From: Mobula hypostoma | Taxonomy: Eukaryota | Direction: 5' to 3' | DNA: 64,000 nt | Assembly (NCBI RefSeq): GCF_963921235.1 | Contig: NC_086118.1 | Coordinates: forward strand, 17,114,001-17,178,000 | Part shown: positions 53,081 to 64,000 of the stretch, piece by piece | Numbering within the stretch: position 1 is the stretch's first letter | Layout of the letters: the number at the start of each line of letters is the position of its first letter | Program-made: the position numbers and the translations under genes | The notes under the pieces: model-generated | Told to the model about the DNA's origin: nothing | The model's input: only the letters and a program-made list of their open reading frames with translations | Databases searched by the model: none

Positions 53081-54340
53081 CTTAGAAGCTTAGAATCATG
53101 GAGAAGAACCACACAAAAAGAGGATCTTCGGCCCACATAGTCCATGCCAAAACCATTTAAACTGTTTACTCCCATCAACCTGCGCCGGGACCATAGCCCT
53201 CCGTACCCCTACCATCCATGTACCCATCCAAATTTCTCTTAAATGTTGAAATCAAGCTCACATGCACCAGTGTGCTGGCAGCTCCTTCCACATTCTTATG
53301 ACCCTCTGAGAAAAGAATTTTCCCTCATGTTCCCCTTAAACTTCTCACCTTTCACCCTTAATCCATCACCTCTGCTTATAGCCCCACCCAACCTCAGTGG
53401 AAAAAGCCTGCATGCATTTACCCTATCTATACCCCTCATAATTTTATCTAACTGTATCAAATCTCCCCTCAATCTTCTACATCCTAAAGAGTAAAGTCCT
53501 AACCTATTCAATCTTTCCTTATAACTCAGGTACAGCAGACCAGGCGACATCTTTGTAAATTTTCTCCGCACTCTATCAGCCTTATTTACATCTTTCCTAT
53601 GGGTAGGTGACCCAAACTGCACTCCAAATTAGGCCTCACCAAACAACTTCAATATATATCATTCCATCTTTTGTACACGATACCTTAATTTATAAAGGCC
53701 AATGTACCAAAAGTTTTTGTAACAACTCTATCTATCTGTGCCACTTCCTTCATTGAATTAGGTACCAATTTCCAGAGCCCTCTGTTTTACCACACTCTTC
53801 AGTGCCCTACCATCCTACCATTCACTGTGTAAGACCTACCCTGGTTGGTCCTATCAAAGTGCAACACCTTACACTTCTCTGCATTAAATTCCATCTGACA
53901 TTTTTCAGCCCATTTTTTTCAGCTGATGCAGATCCCTCAGTAAGCCATGATAGCCTTCCTCACAGTCCACTACACCTCCTAACTTGGTCTCATCTGCGAA
54001 TTTGCTTATGTGTTTAACTGCATTATCATCCAGATCATTGATATAGAAAACAAACAAACCAGAACTGATCCCTGAGGCACACCACTAGTCATCCACATCC
54101 TGTCAGACAGGCAACCCTTTACTACCACTCTTTGGCATCTGCCACAAAGCTTATATCTAATCCAATTTACTACGACATCCTGAAAGCTGAGTGACTGAAC
54201 CTTCTTGACCAGCCTCCCAAGAGGGACCTTGTCAAATGCCTTTCAAAAATCCATGCAGACAACATCCACTGCCTTGCCTTCATCCACTTCCCTGGTAAAC
54301 AACTCAAAAAAACTCATTGGTTAGACATGACCTACCATGC

Positions 54341-56690
54341 AATTCAGGAACAGCTTCTTCCCCTCTGTCATCCGATTCCTAAACGGACATTGAACCCTTG
54401 GACACTACCTCATTTTTTTAACCCTTACATACTGTTCAGATCTTATGCTTTTCCAGTACGGTCAGGGTCAATTTTAACCTTGGTCCAAGAATCCCCCTAT
54501 AACAAGTGTCTATACCAAATTTTGAGCCACTGATCTATTTACAATGTCAAAGCCTATCTGACATTAATAAAAGTGTGATTAATCCTTACTTAATGTATCA
54601 GAGATGAGGGACAATGTATTTTTCAGGTTTTACACCATTCGTCGTTGGAGAAAAAACATACACTGTCACACAATATAATGTCCTATTTTACCTAAGACAT
54701 GACAACATAACAGACATAAATAATTAAATATATTTTATTGAAACTGAAAATGGCAAGAACATTCTAGAACTGTAGGGTTTATTATATAACCATTATTATA
54801 TAACCATTTGTAACCATTACAACTAGCAAACACGGTCCTCACTGCTACATCATAAAAAAAATCCTACTAACTGCTATCTAATTATAACTATTAACTAAAA
54901 ATTAAATAACATTTAACCAACAAACTAAACAAAAAAGTAGTTGCTATTTGCAAATTAGTCTTTGCATTCAAAGCAGTAGTGGGAAACCTTGCGTGTGTGG
55001 CTCTTGCATATGAGTCTACCACATTTGCTGCAAGGAGTCGATGTTTTGCAGTCCTTTTTTTGCAGGGCAGAAGTTGCATCTCCATCTCCTTTGTCCCCCT
55101 GTGTTGGTCTCTTCTGGGACTTGTTGAGCAGGGCCAGGTTCAGATTGCTACATTGCCCTTGCCACTGCTGCTGAGAATGCCGCGCGGGGAATATGTTCTC
55201 ACCTTTGCATAGAAGGAGTCACAAGGGCCTTTCCAAGCTCCTCCAAAAAGAACCTCCTCCAGTTCCCTTGCTTGCCCTCCAGGTAGGGCTCAGGTCACCC
55301 CAGATGACAAAGGCATTGTATGTGGAAATGCCAATGATGTTATGAAATATAGTGAGAGGCCAGCGGGATGTTCTCCTCTTGCAGCTGTATGTGCTTGTGA
55401 CTTTGTCAAGGTTGTCAAACCCCCCCTTTGTTGGCATTGTAGTCCAGGATGACAGCTGATTTTCTGTCCCCCTGATTGCTTACCTCTGCAGCCTTATGTA
55501 AAGTGCTCACAAGGATCACATTCTTGTTCTTCTTTGCCATATACGACACAACTGTGGTGTCATGGGTGAAAGCAAACTTCGAAGACAAGACGTCTCTCCC
55601 CCTTCTTTCAGTCAGAGCAGGTGGCAGCTCCGGCTTGTTCTGCCTCACAGTACCCACCATTGTGATTTTCTTCTTCAGGAGCGCCCGACCAAGCTCATGA
55701 GATGAGAAGAAGTTGTCACAGGTCACGTTGTGTCCTTTCAGCCCTTCTGTCATGTCCAACACGACGTCCATGCCTTGCTTTCTCTCTGGGCCTCCCACAG
55801 CTGGCTTTCCAGGAGAACAGGAAAGTAGATAAAATCTCAAATGCCTGTGATACAGCCAGTCCTGTGGGTCCTGGAGTCTTTCGAATGACATCTTGTGCTG
55901 CCATCCTGCCTGCAGCCTTATATGGAAGTGAGGACCAAAACAGGTCTCATTGCCCTTGGACATAAATGCCTCCCTTGCTTCCTCCACCTCTCTCTCTCTC
56001 TCTCTCTCTCAGAGTCATCTTCATCTGAGGGGCTGTAATCAGAGTCTTCCTCCTTGTAGTCCTCCTGCTCTGAAACTTCCTCCTCCAATTCGCTGTCTGC
56101 GAGTTCATCTTCGAACACCTGATCAATTACCTCCTGAACGTCTACGTCTTGCTTCCATAACTGCCGTCACTAAAATGGATGCTCAGCTCACCATGTGCTT
56201 GCAGATGCAGATCTCGCAACAGGGTCAAGGGACCTATGACCTTTTCAGGAGTTCCGCGTTACATTAGACCACCAATAGCTGTTGCAATCGGTACAGGTAA
56301 AATTTGACCCGGAACAGCTTCAGTATTGCAAAAATTGTAGCACCTGTACAAAAGTTTAAATTTTTAAAATCTTTTCACTTTTGCACATTTTGGGTCACTT
56401 TAAAAAAGACATAAAATTTCAGCTGGAAAAAACAGCATTTAGGGAGTTTTCACCGTGATCAAAGGTCAAAAAGGGACAAAGTTGACCTGAACAGTATGTA
56501 AGGGTTAAATATATGGTATTTCTGTTTTTTGCACAATATTTAATCTATTCAATATACGTATACTGTATAAAGTATACTGAATAAGATTTACTTATTTATT
56601 TTTTCTTCTTCTATATTATGTAATACATTGAACTGCTGCTGCTAAGTTAACTAATTTCACGTCACATGCCAGTGATAATAAACCTGATTC
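54341..56690 (+). mobile_element. Rex1/Babar-like LINE 3' fragment split by piggyBac
   Basis: FRNSFFPSVIRFLN at 54343-54385; 3' UTR continues after 56508 to GTGATAATAAACCTGATTC. Confidence 0.65.
54422..56504 (-). mobile_element. piggyBac DNA transposon, internally deleted transposase
   Basis: TTAA on both sides (54418-54421, 56505-56508); 18-bp perfect TIR CCCTTACATACTGTTCAG; minus ORFs NVTCDNFFSS, MVGTVRQNK, YNANKGG, RWP, acidic N-terminus and Cys-rich C-terminus. Confidence 0.92.
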
Positions 56691-57218
56691 CGACGAAGCC
56701 ATGCTGACTATCCTTAATCAATCCATGTCTATGTAAACATTAGATATCTGGTCTTTCAGAATACCTTCCAGTAACTTTCCCATTGCTGATGTCAGATTCA
56801 CTGGCCTATAACTTCCTGGTTTCTGTTTATAGCCCTTTTTAAACAGTGGAACAACAGTGGCTATCCTCCAATCTTCTGTTCCCTCTCCTGTTGCTAAGGA
56901 TGATTTAAATATCTCTGCTAGTGCCTGGCAACTTCTGCACTTGCAGGGTCCAAGGGAACACCTTACCATGCTCTGGGGATTTATCCACCTTGATTTGCCT
57001 CAGGATAGCAAATACCTCTTCCTCTGTAAGCTGTACAGGGACCATGAAGTTGATGCCACTTTGCCTCATTTCTGTAGACTCTGTGTCCATCTCCCAAGTA
57101 AATACAGATGCAAAAACAAAATTAAGATCTCCTCCATTGTTCTGGCTCCACAGATGGATTACAATTCTGATCTTCCAGAGAAACAATTTTGTCCCTTGCA
57201 ATCCTTATGCTCCAAACA

Positions 57219-58173
57219 TAAAGGGAATAAAGGGGGCCTTTTCTGGTTGGCTGCCAGTGACAGGTGGTGTTCCTCAGGGGTCAGTATTGGGACCATTACT
57301 TTCACATTATTTGCGAGAGATTCAGGTAATGGAATTGATGGCTTTGTGGCGAAGTTTGTGGATGATACAAAGGTATGTGGAGGGGTAAGTAGTGCTTAGG
57401 AAGCAATGCAATTGCAGCAGGACTTGTCGACAAATTGGAAAAAAATGGCAACAGGTTGAGTCTGTGGTAAAGAAGGCAAATGCAATGTTGGCATTTATTT
57501 CAGGGGGAATAGAATATAAAAGCAAAGAGATAATGCTGAGGCTTCATACATCAAAGTTGCTGGTGAACGCAGCAGGCCAGGCAGCATCTATAGGAAGAGG
57601 CGCAGTCGACGTTTCAGGCCGAGACCCTTCGTCAGGACTAACATAGGACACTAGTCAGGCTATACTTGGGGTATTGTCAACAGTTTTGGGCCCTATATCT
57701 CATTGTCATTGAAGACAGTCCAGAGAAGGTTCACGGGGATGATTCCAGGAATGAAGGATGAGGAGCGTTTGGCAGCCTTGAGCCCATACTCACTGGAATT
57801 TAGAAGAATGCAAGGGGATTTCATTGAAACCTACCGCATGTTGAAAGGTCTTGATAAGGTGGACGTGGAGAGGATGTTTCCAGTGGTGGGAACTAAAGGG
57901 CACAGCCTCAGAATTGAGGAGCGACCTTTTAGAACAGAGGTAAGGACAATTTTTTTTTAAGCCAGGGAGTAGTGAATCTGTGGAATGCTCTGCCACAGCC
58001 TGCAGCGGAGGCCAAGTCCATGGTACATTTAAAGTGGAAGTTGATTGTTTCCTGATTGGTCAGGGCATCGAAGGTTATGGCAAGAAGGTATGGGGTTGAG
58101 TGGAATCCGGGATCAGTCATCATGGTACAGCAGACTCGAAGGGCTGAATGGCCCTATGTCTTACAGTCTTATG
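57219..58173 (+). mobile_element. CR1-type LINE 3' part inserted into the minus-strand CR1
   Basis: GVPQGSVLGP, KFVDDTK, VQRRFTGMIPG, RMQGDFIETY; tail CCTATGTCTTACAGTCTTATG. Confidence 0.85.
57549..57641 (-). repeat. 93-bp PLE fragment consisting of an intact hammerhead motif (57603-57640) plus tail
   Basis: Near-identical to 27401-27493; flanked by CATA on both sides; interrupts the CR1 LRL|Y..LVR motif. Confidence 0.8.
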
Positions 58174-58966
58174 GTAGAATCCCTGAGGGTTCACCTTCAC
58201 CTTGTCTACTGAAGCAACATCATGCCGTCTTTTGGCCCTCCTGATTTCTTTCTTGTGTTCTCTTGCATTTCTTATACTTCATAAGCACCTCATTTGTTTC
58301 TTCTTGCCTACACGTACTATCCATCTTTTTTCTCTAACCAGGGCCTCAATATCTCTTGAAAACCAAGGATCCTTACACTTGTTATCTTTACCTTTTATTC
58401 TGACAGGCACACAGGAGCTTCATACTCTCAAAATTTCACTTCTGAAGGCTTCCCACTTACCAAGTACAACTTTATCAGAAAACAGATTGTCCCATATCAC
58501 ACATGCCAGATCATTTCTGGTACCATAAAAATTGGACTTTCTCCAATTTAGAATCTCAACCTGAGGACCAGACCTATCTTTTTGCATATTTACTTTTAAA
58601 CTAATGGCATTGTGGTCACTGGATGAAAAGTGATCCCCTACACAAATTTCTGTCACCTGACCTGTCTCATTCCCCAATAGCAGATCCAGCATCACACGCT
58701 CCCTCACTGGGACTTCTACATACTGATGAAAGAAACATTCCCATACATACTTACAAACTCCTTTTACAGCATGAGATTCCCAGTCAATATGTGGAAATTA
58801 AAAATCACCTTCTGTAACAACCTTACATTTCTTGCAAGTCTATGATCTCTTTACAAATTTGTTCTTCTAAATCACACTGACTATTGGGTGGTCTGTAATA
58901 CAGCCCAATTAGCATGATCATACCTTTCTTATTTCTCAGTTCCACCCATAACACCTCACCACATGA

Positions 58967-59407
58967 TGTTACATGCTCAAGGAGACCCGTGTTTTTTTTT
59001 GTGAGAATGATGTAATGGTCTTTTGGAGGTCAGCCGATGTAATTTTCCCGCTGATGTGAGGTCACGTGATGACATGTGCACCATGGGTATATAAGGGTCG
59101 ACCTAGATGACGCAGTTAGTTTTCAGTTTGTAGATTTCCAGGTAGAACATGCTGTGTTTCCGTTTCTGTTGCGTGTTTGTTTTTGTGACGCAGTTTCATT
59201 TTTAAAACGGAGTGTTGCGTTCTATTGCATGATACCATATTATTGGACTGGAAATTTTTTGCTAGATGTGCTGATTTACCCAATTCCAACAGTAGAAGGG
59301 AGATTGAAGACTTTATCGATGTACAGGACTCGAAGGATCGAGAGGAGTAGGCATCGTTTGGCAGTTTAATAAAGGATCGACCCTATTGAGTCTTCGTTGG
59401 AGGAGTA
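58967..59407 (+). mobile_element. Truncated LTR fragment
   Basis: Starts TGTTAC, contains TATATAAG, no ORF; cut off by an RTE fragment. Confidence 0.45.
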
Positions 59408-59925
59408 GGTAAGATAAAGTACCAGACACTGAAGTTCTCTCTAGAGCAAGTCTGCTATCAGTCCACACACTGCTGATGAGAGCACAGACCCGGTGGTCAG
59501 GTCATGTCATCCACATGCTGGACGAGCGCATACCCCCAAGCAGCTCCTTTTTGGGGAACTCTCTGCTGAAAGACGCTCGCATGGAGGGCAGAAGAAACGT
59601 TACAAAGACACACTAAAAGCCTCCCTGAAGTCATTTGACATAGACGCGACCTCTTGGGAAACGCTGGCACAAAACCACCCTACCTGGCGCGGGCTCATCC
59701 ACAAGGGCTGTCAGGCTTACGAAGCAAGGCGCATTGCTGAAACACAGCATAAGCGCGAGCTGCACAAGTCCAGCGCAACTGCAGTGCCTACACGTCTGCC
59801 CAACATGAGCCAGGACATTCCGTGCCCGAATTGGCCTGACCAGTCATCTTTGGACACACCACATCCAGTCTCAAAGTGACTAATGGTGTCGAGGTCTTCA
59901 TCGACATTGATGGATGAACCACACC
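59408..59925 (+). mobile_element. RTE-clade LINE 3' end
   Basis: RWSGHV..PKQLLFGEL..GGQKKRYKDTLK..W..LAQ...WR motifs and a decayed C2H2 finger. Confidence 0.8.
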
Positions 59926-60259
59926 ATATGGTATGAGGTTTAGAAGCCTGAAGTCTCACAGTCAATACTTCAAGAACAACTTCTGCTCTCGGACAACTTC
60001 TACTACCTGGGTTGTTTCAAAGTTGAATGCTGTATTTTAGCAGCATCTTGTATTGGTGGAGTGCCTCATGGTTACTACAACTGCTATCAAATTTCCATGA
60101 ACATCACCTTGTTTGTCCTTTGCACTATTATATTTGTAACATATAGTCATACTAATTTATTGCAATGTACTAGATGGGCAATGGGGCTGTTTATGTGTTG
60201 TAGTTTTCTATGATTCTGTGACATTTCACATGGCAATAACTAAAAAACACAATAAATAT

Positions 60260-63200
60260 TAAAGAGATAGGAACATGTGTAGGCCATCCACTATTCTCCC
60301 TGATTATAGTTGATCTACTGCAGGCCTGTTTGCCTGAACTATTCTAATATTTCTCATTCTTTCAGCAACCAGATATCTATCAATCCATGTTTTGAATTAA
60401 TTCAAATGGTGAGATTCCTCTGCCAGTTGGCATAGAGAACTCCAAGGGTTTATCAACCTCTGAGTTAAGAAAAAAACTGTTTACCCCTTCTGCTGAGGCT
60501 GTGACATATGGTTCTTCATTCTGCTTAAAAAGGAAGACATCTACTCTGCCTCCAACCTATCTAGCCCAGTAACAATTTTTCAAGCTTGAGTGGTGTCACC
60601 TCTTATTTTTCTGAGCTCAAGAGAATACAAGCCAAGTCTAAATTATTTCTTTTCATACAGCAACATGGGGTCTCTGAAACACTAAAAGTGATTTTTTGCT
60701 GCACAATCTCTATGCCAAATGTATCCATTTTTCAGATGAAGACATCAACTCTATACAATGTTCCAGGTGTGGTCTTACAAAGAGCCTACATAATTACAGT
60801 AAGGCACCTTTACTCCTCCAGATAAATTATATATCATAATACATTCCCAGTTACTGGCTGTATTCCCAGGCTGTTTTCCATTATGTACAAAGACAATAAG
60901 GTTCTTTGAACATCAACATTAACCAATATTTCAGCAGTTAGGAAATACTAACTTTTCTGCGTGGATGCCTTCTGATTTTCCATGTTATATTACATCATCA
61001 TGTTCTTGCCCAGTCATTTAACTTGTCTATATCCCCTTAAGCCCCATTACATTGTCTCCTTCACAGCAGCAACAAATAAGGTCAAAACATGGAAAATGTC
61101 TAAACACTTTAACTTTGTCCTTTTATCTATATAGTTACGGCATTCAGAATAATGTTGATGAATCAGTCACAAACTGGAAGTCAATAAGTATAATCTAACA
61201 TACATTGAGGATGCGTCTGACACCAATTACTTCTTTCTTGGTGGCTCCGGTAGTAACTGACTGGTTCAGTGGTTCCTCCCTCCCCATGTGAGGATCTGCT
61301 CGAGAGTCACCATTTGCTCAACACTGCTTATGTGTACTAAACAATGGCTGAGTGGAGGTACATTTGCGTGGGGGAGTCTGCTTTCCAGTACAGATCACTG
61401 CAGAACATCATTAGCAATAGACCTCAAACCAGAATAAGAGACAACAAAAATTATCCTTTGCCTTCTGTGGACATACCATTTCTGAATCCAGATAGACAGG
61501 TCACCAATGACTCAGACCCTGAATCTCAGGGAGAGGCCTTTTGTGGCACTACTAGTTCCAAGCTCAAACTCAACAATTCCTGATTCAATCAGTGAAAATC
61601 CATTGGGAACACTATTCAGTAGGAACATCTAAGGACCAGATTTGAGACTGGGCAAATCTCAACATCATCAGAGCATCAGCGAAATCTGCAGTCCAGAAGG
61701 AGGCATTTTATTTCATTGTGTCTACAGGGTGATACACCTTTGGTCTCCACGTGAACAGAGTTTTAAACCTGATGTGATTCTGCATCTCATTGTGATGTAT
61801 CCCACTGGTGTCACAGTGGTCTTGTGATGTCAGGGTTTTTCCTATCCCTCTGTGATTACATCTTGACATCTACATATGTAGTAAACAGTTTTGGTCATTA
61901 GTTCTGTTATCACATAATGAAGTGGGGGGAAATAAAGGAGTAACTGTCCCTGGGACTGTAACTTAGGGAATGGTAGAAATGGGATTGTTCATTCTCTTTG
62001 CCCCTTGATTGGGTAAAGGGAGATCCAGGGCTAAAATGGTGCTTTGCAACAAGGGGACTGCATGCAAAATATTATGAATAGTGGAATATTGTAGGGAGAA
62101 ACATAACTGAATCATGAAAATGGCATATGTGATAACACCTTGTAAACAGTCACAATTCATGCAGACCCCTGGAAAACACAGTGATGTTACTAAAGATTCT
62201 GCTGTGATCATTGTCCTATTTCCTACTGACTCCTTGAATATATTCTCAGACTCAGGACAGCCACTCTTCTGGGAGCTTCTTGTGACCACATTCCAGTCTG
62301 GGATCCTGCCTTAAACCACTTCCACTGCCCCAGTCACCTTCACCAAATGTCACACCACTCATTCTGATCACTTGAAAATACTGTCACTTTCATTGGTACC
62401 GCCTGCAAACTGTGTCGCATTCCTGAGGGCAGCCTGGGAACACAACCACTCCTAGGTGAATGCTGCACACAAATCTGGCTCCACTACTCCATCCATTGTC
62501 TCCCTCAGATCTAAATAATTGAAACGTATAAATATATTTCCTTTTGTCATGACATTCTGCATTCTCCTGTTCTTGACTCCACTGCTGAAGTGAAGAATTT
62601 GCTCCCCTCTGCTCTGTCAGATCCCCAACAACTGTCCTTGTTCAAGTTTAATTGCCAATCAACCATCCAGTCAAGCACAGATGCCGCCACCACAGATTCT
62701 CCAATCTATACATAGCACCAAAGACAACTCAAAGTAGATAGTTATCACAAATACTCACCAACCAGTCAACTGCCAGCTACCTGACTTGCAAAAAAGTCAC
62801 ACCACCAAGAAAATGCCAGTGTTGAGCTGCTCCTCATAATCCTGTTCATCTTATTGTGTCAAAGCCCCTGACTGACTGCTCTGTCCTCATTGAGGTGTTA
62901 TAACCTCACCTAGACAGTCAGCCAAACTCTATTGAAAAACAGCATGAGCCTCTTCGCTCCTTGGTTTTATTGCAAACTCAACTGAATGACATAGTGAATA
63001 AGAAGTGAAACTTTAGATTAACTTCTAAACAATATAACATCAACTTACAAGCAATACTTCTGCTTGGAAAAAACAGGACGGCTTCAGATAGAAATGTCTT
63101 TCGTTCCTAATATAAACCTCTGGCCTCCTGCCAATCAATGTACTTTATACTTACTACTTCCTGGCTGCACAGGAAGTGACCTAATACCAATCTAAAGGTG
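60260..63200 (-). mobile_element. Old CR1/L2-type LINE fragments (3' ORF2 about 60260-61130; APE/ORF1 esterase-like region about 61200-63200)
   Basis: Reverse-complement CR1 3' remnants; minus ORF 61963-62289 (ITAESLV...CFPG) weakly resembles the ORF1 esterase. Confidence 0.45.
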
Positions 63201-64000
63201 CTCATTAAAATAAAAGTTAAATATGCTTAACATAAATCAATTGCATGAAAGGCAGAGCCTCCACTCTGAAGACCATGCACTCCAATGACCACTGTGGAGA
63301 ATACAGTGGACGGCACAATCCGTTCTTTTCTGAAAAGGGCTCTAGTGGGGATGCTAATGGGTGAACTCATCTTTTAGTTCTGTCTTTACTATTTTAAGAT
63401 TGACACTGTAATTGTATCTTACATTCTTTCCATCTACTTAATGAAAACTGTCAGTGAATAAATTAAATGAGAAAAAGACTTTTTTTGTTCCATGTCATAA
63501 GCCTGGAATAAACAGTTAACAGTGAATCAAAGCAATGGTTTGTGGCTCTAAATGCAGAAGCTGCACTCCAAATGGACGGCACTAGGCATCCCAACTTACT
63601 GGCATGAACACTGGAACAAAAATATAAAACAACCTAATCTTATGTATATAATAAGAATAAGTGAGCAATAAATATGTCTGCACACATGGGTTAATGACTG
63701 TCTATTTGATTACAGAAAAGAAAATAAATAATGAAGCATTTACTAAAGCACTGGAATTTGCTTACAGGCCCATCATGGGACTAATTTCAAGAAAACTAAA
63801 GCAGACACTTAAAAGTAAGTTTGGAAAACTAAAATTTTCATAACACATCTATGCCCAGACTTCATTCTCTGAGAGCAACCATGGACAAACAACCCTCACT
63901 GTTTAGTTTTCTAGTCCTTTTCATTTTTAAATATTTCAATATGTTAAAAAGTCACAGCAACCCACAACTCTTTTAGTTTCCACTTCACAAAGACTTGTGT

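Larger units (their letters stand above)
53085..58965 (-). mobile_element. CR1-type LINE in three pieces (53085-54340, 56690-57218, 58174-58965) split by nested insertions
   Basis: 3' ORF2 (RRLRGDLI), RT N-terminus (EDWRIATVVPLFKKG..YRPVNLTS) and APE (LDLLLGNE..SSDHN) are colinear on the minus strand; sequence resumes across each insertion. Confidence 0.85.

Noticed and set aside
55219..56160. Possible domesticated PGBD gene
   Set aside because: Frameshifted, internally deleted, and still bounded by TIRs and TTAA.
62750..62800. Minus-strand GTGAGT donor as a host exon boundary
   Set aside because: Lies within what looks like a decayed LINE 5'/ORF1 region and has no supporting acceptor.
1..64000. 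CRISPR array, prokaryotic operon or defence system, rRNA or tRNA genes
   Set aside because: No regularly spaced repeat-spacer array, no dense gene-length ORFs and no recognisable structural RNA gene; the content is vertebrate repeat DNA.

Overview
Eukaryotic (vertebrate) genomic DNA, AT-rich and dominated by decayed, often nested transposable elements. The repeat mix (abundant CR1-type LINEs, V-SINE/HE1-like SINEs, Penelope-like palindromes) suggests a cartilaginous fish; this is inference only. No intact host gene, RNA gene, CRISPR array or prokaryotic system is visible. Recognisable content: an RTE LINE split by a solo LTR; Tc1 remnants; a BEL/Pao provirus; a near full-length Mag-like Gypsy provirus plus two partial Gypsy elements; many CR1 fragments; a hAT element carrying a nested MITE; a TTAA-flanked piggyBac; and two families of Penelope-like elements (PLEs). 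The most notable signal is a set of young PLE-derived fold-back insertions. One has 360-bp arms and an 8-nt loop, three have 14-bp target-site duplications, and several carry minimal type I hammerhead ribozyme motifs. A GIY-YIG-encoding relative lies next to them. A few minus-strand micro-exon candidates suggest the window may lie in the introns of a large host gene. Family assignments are by eye from protein motifs and terminal structures, not from database searches, and boundaries of decayed elements are approximate.
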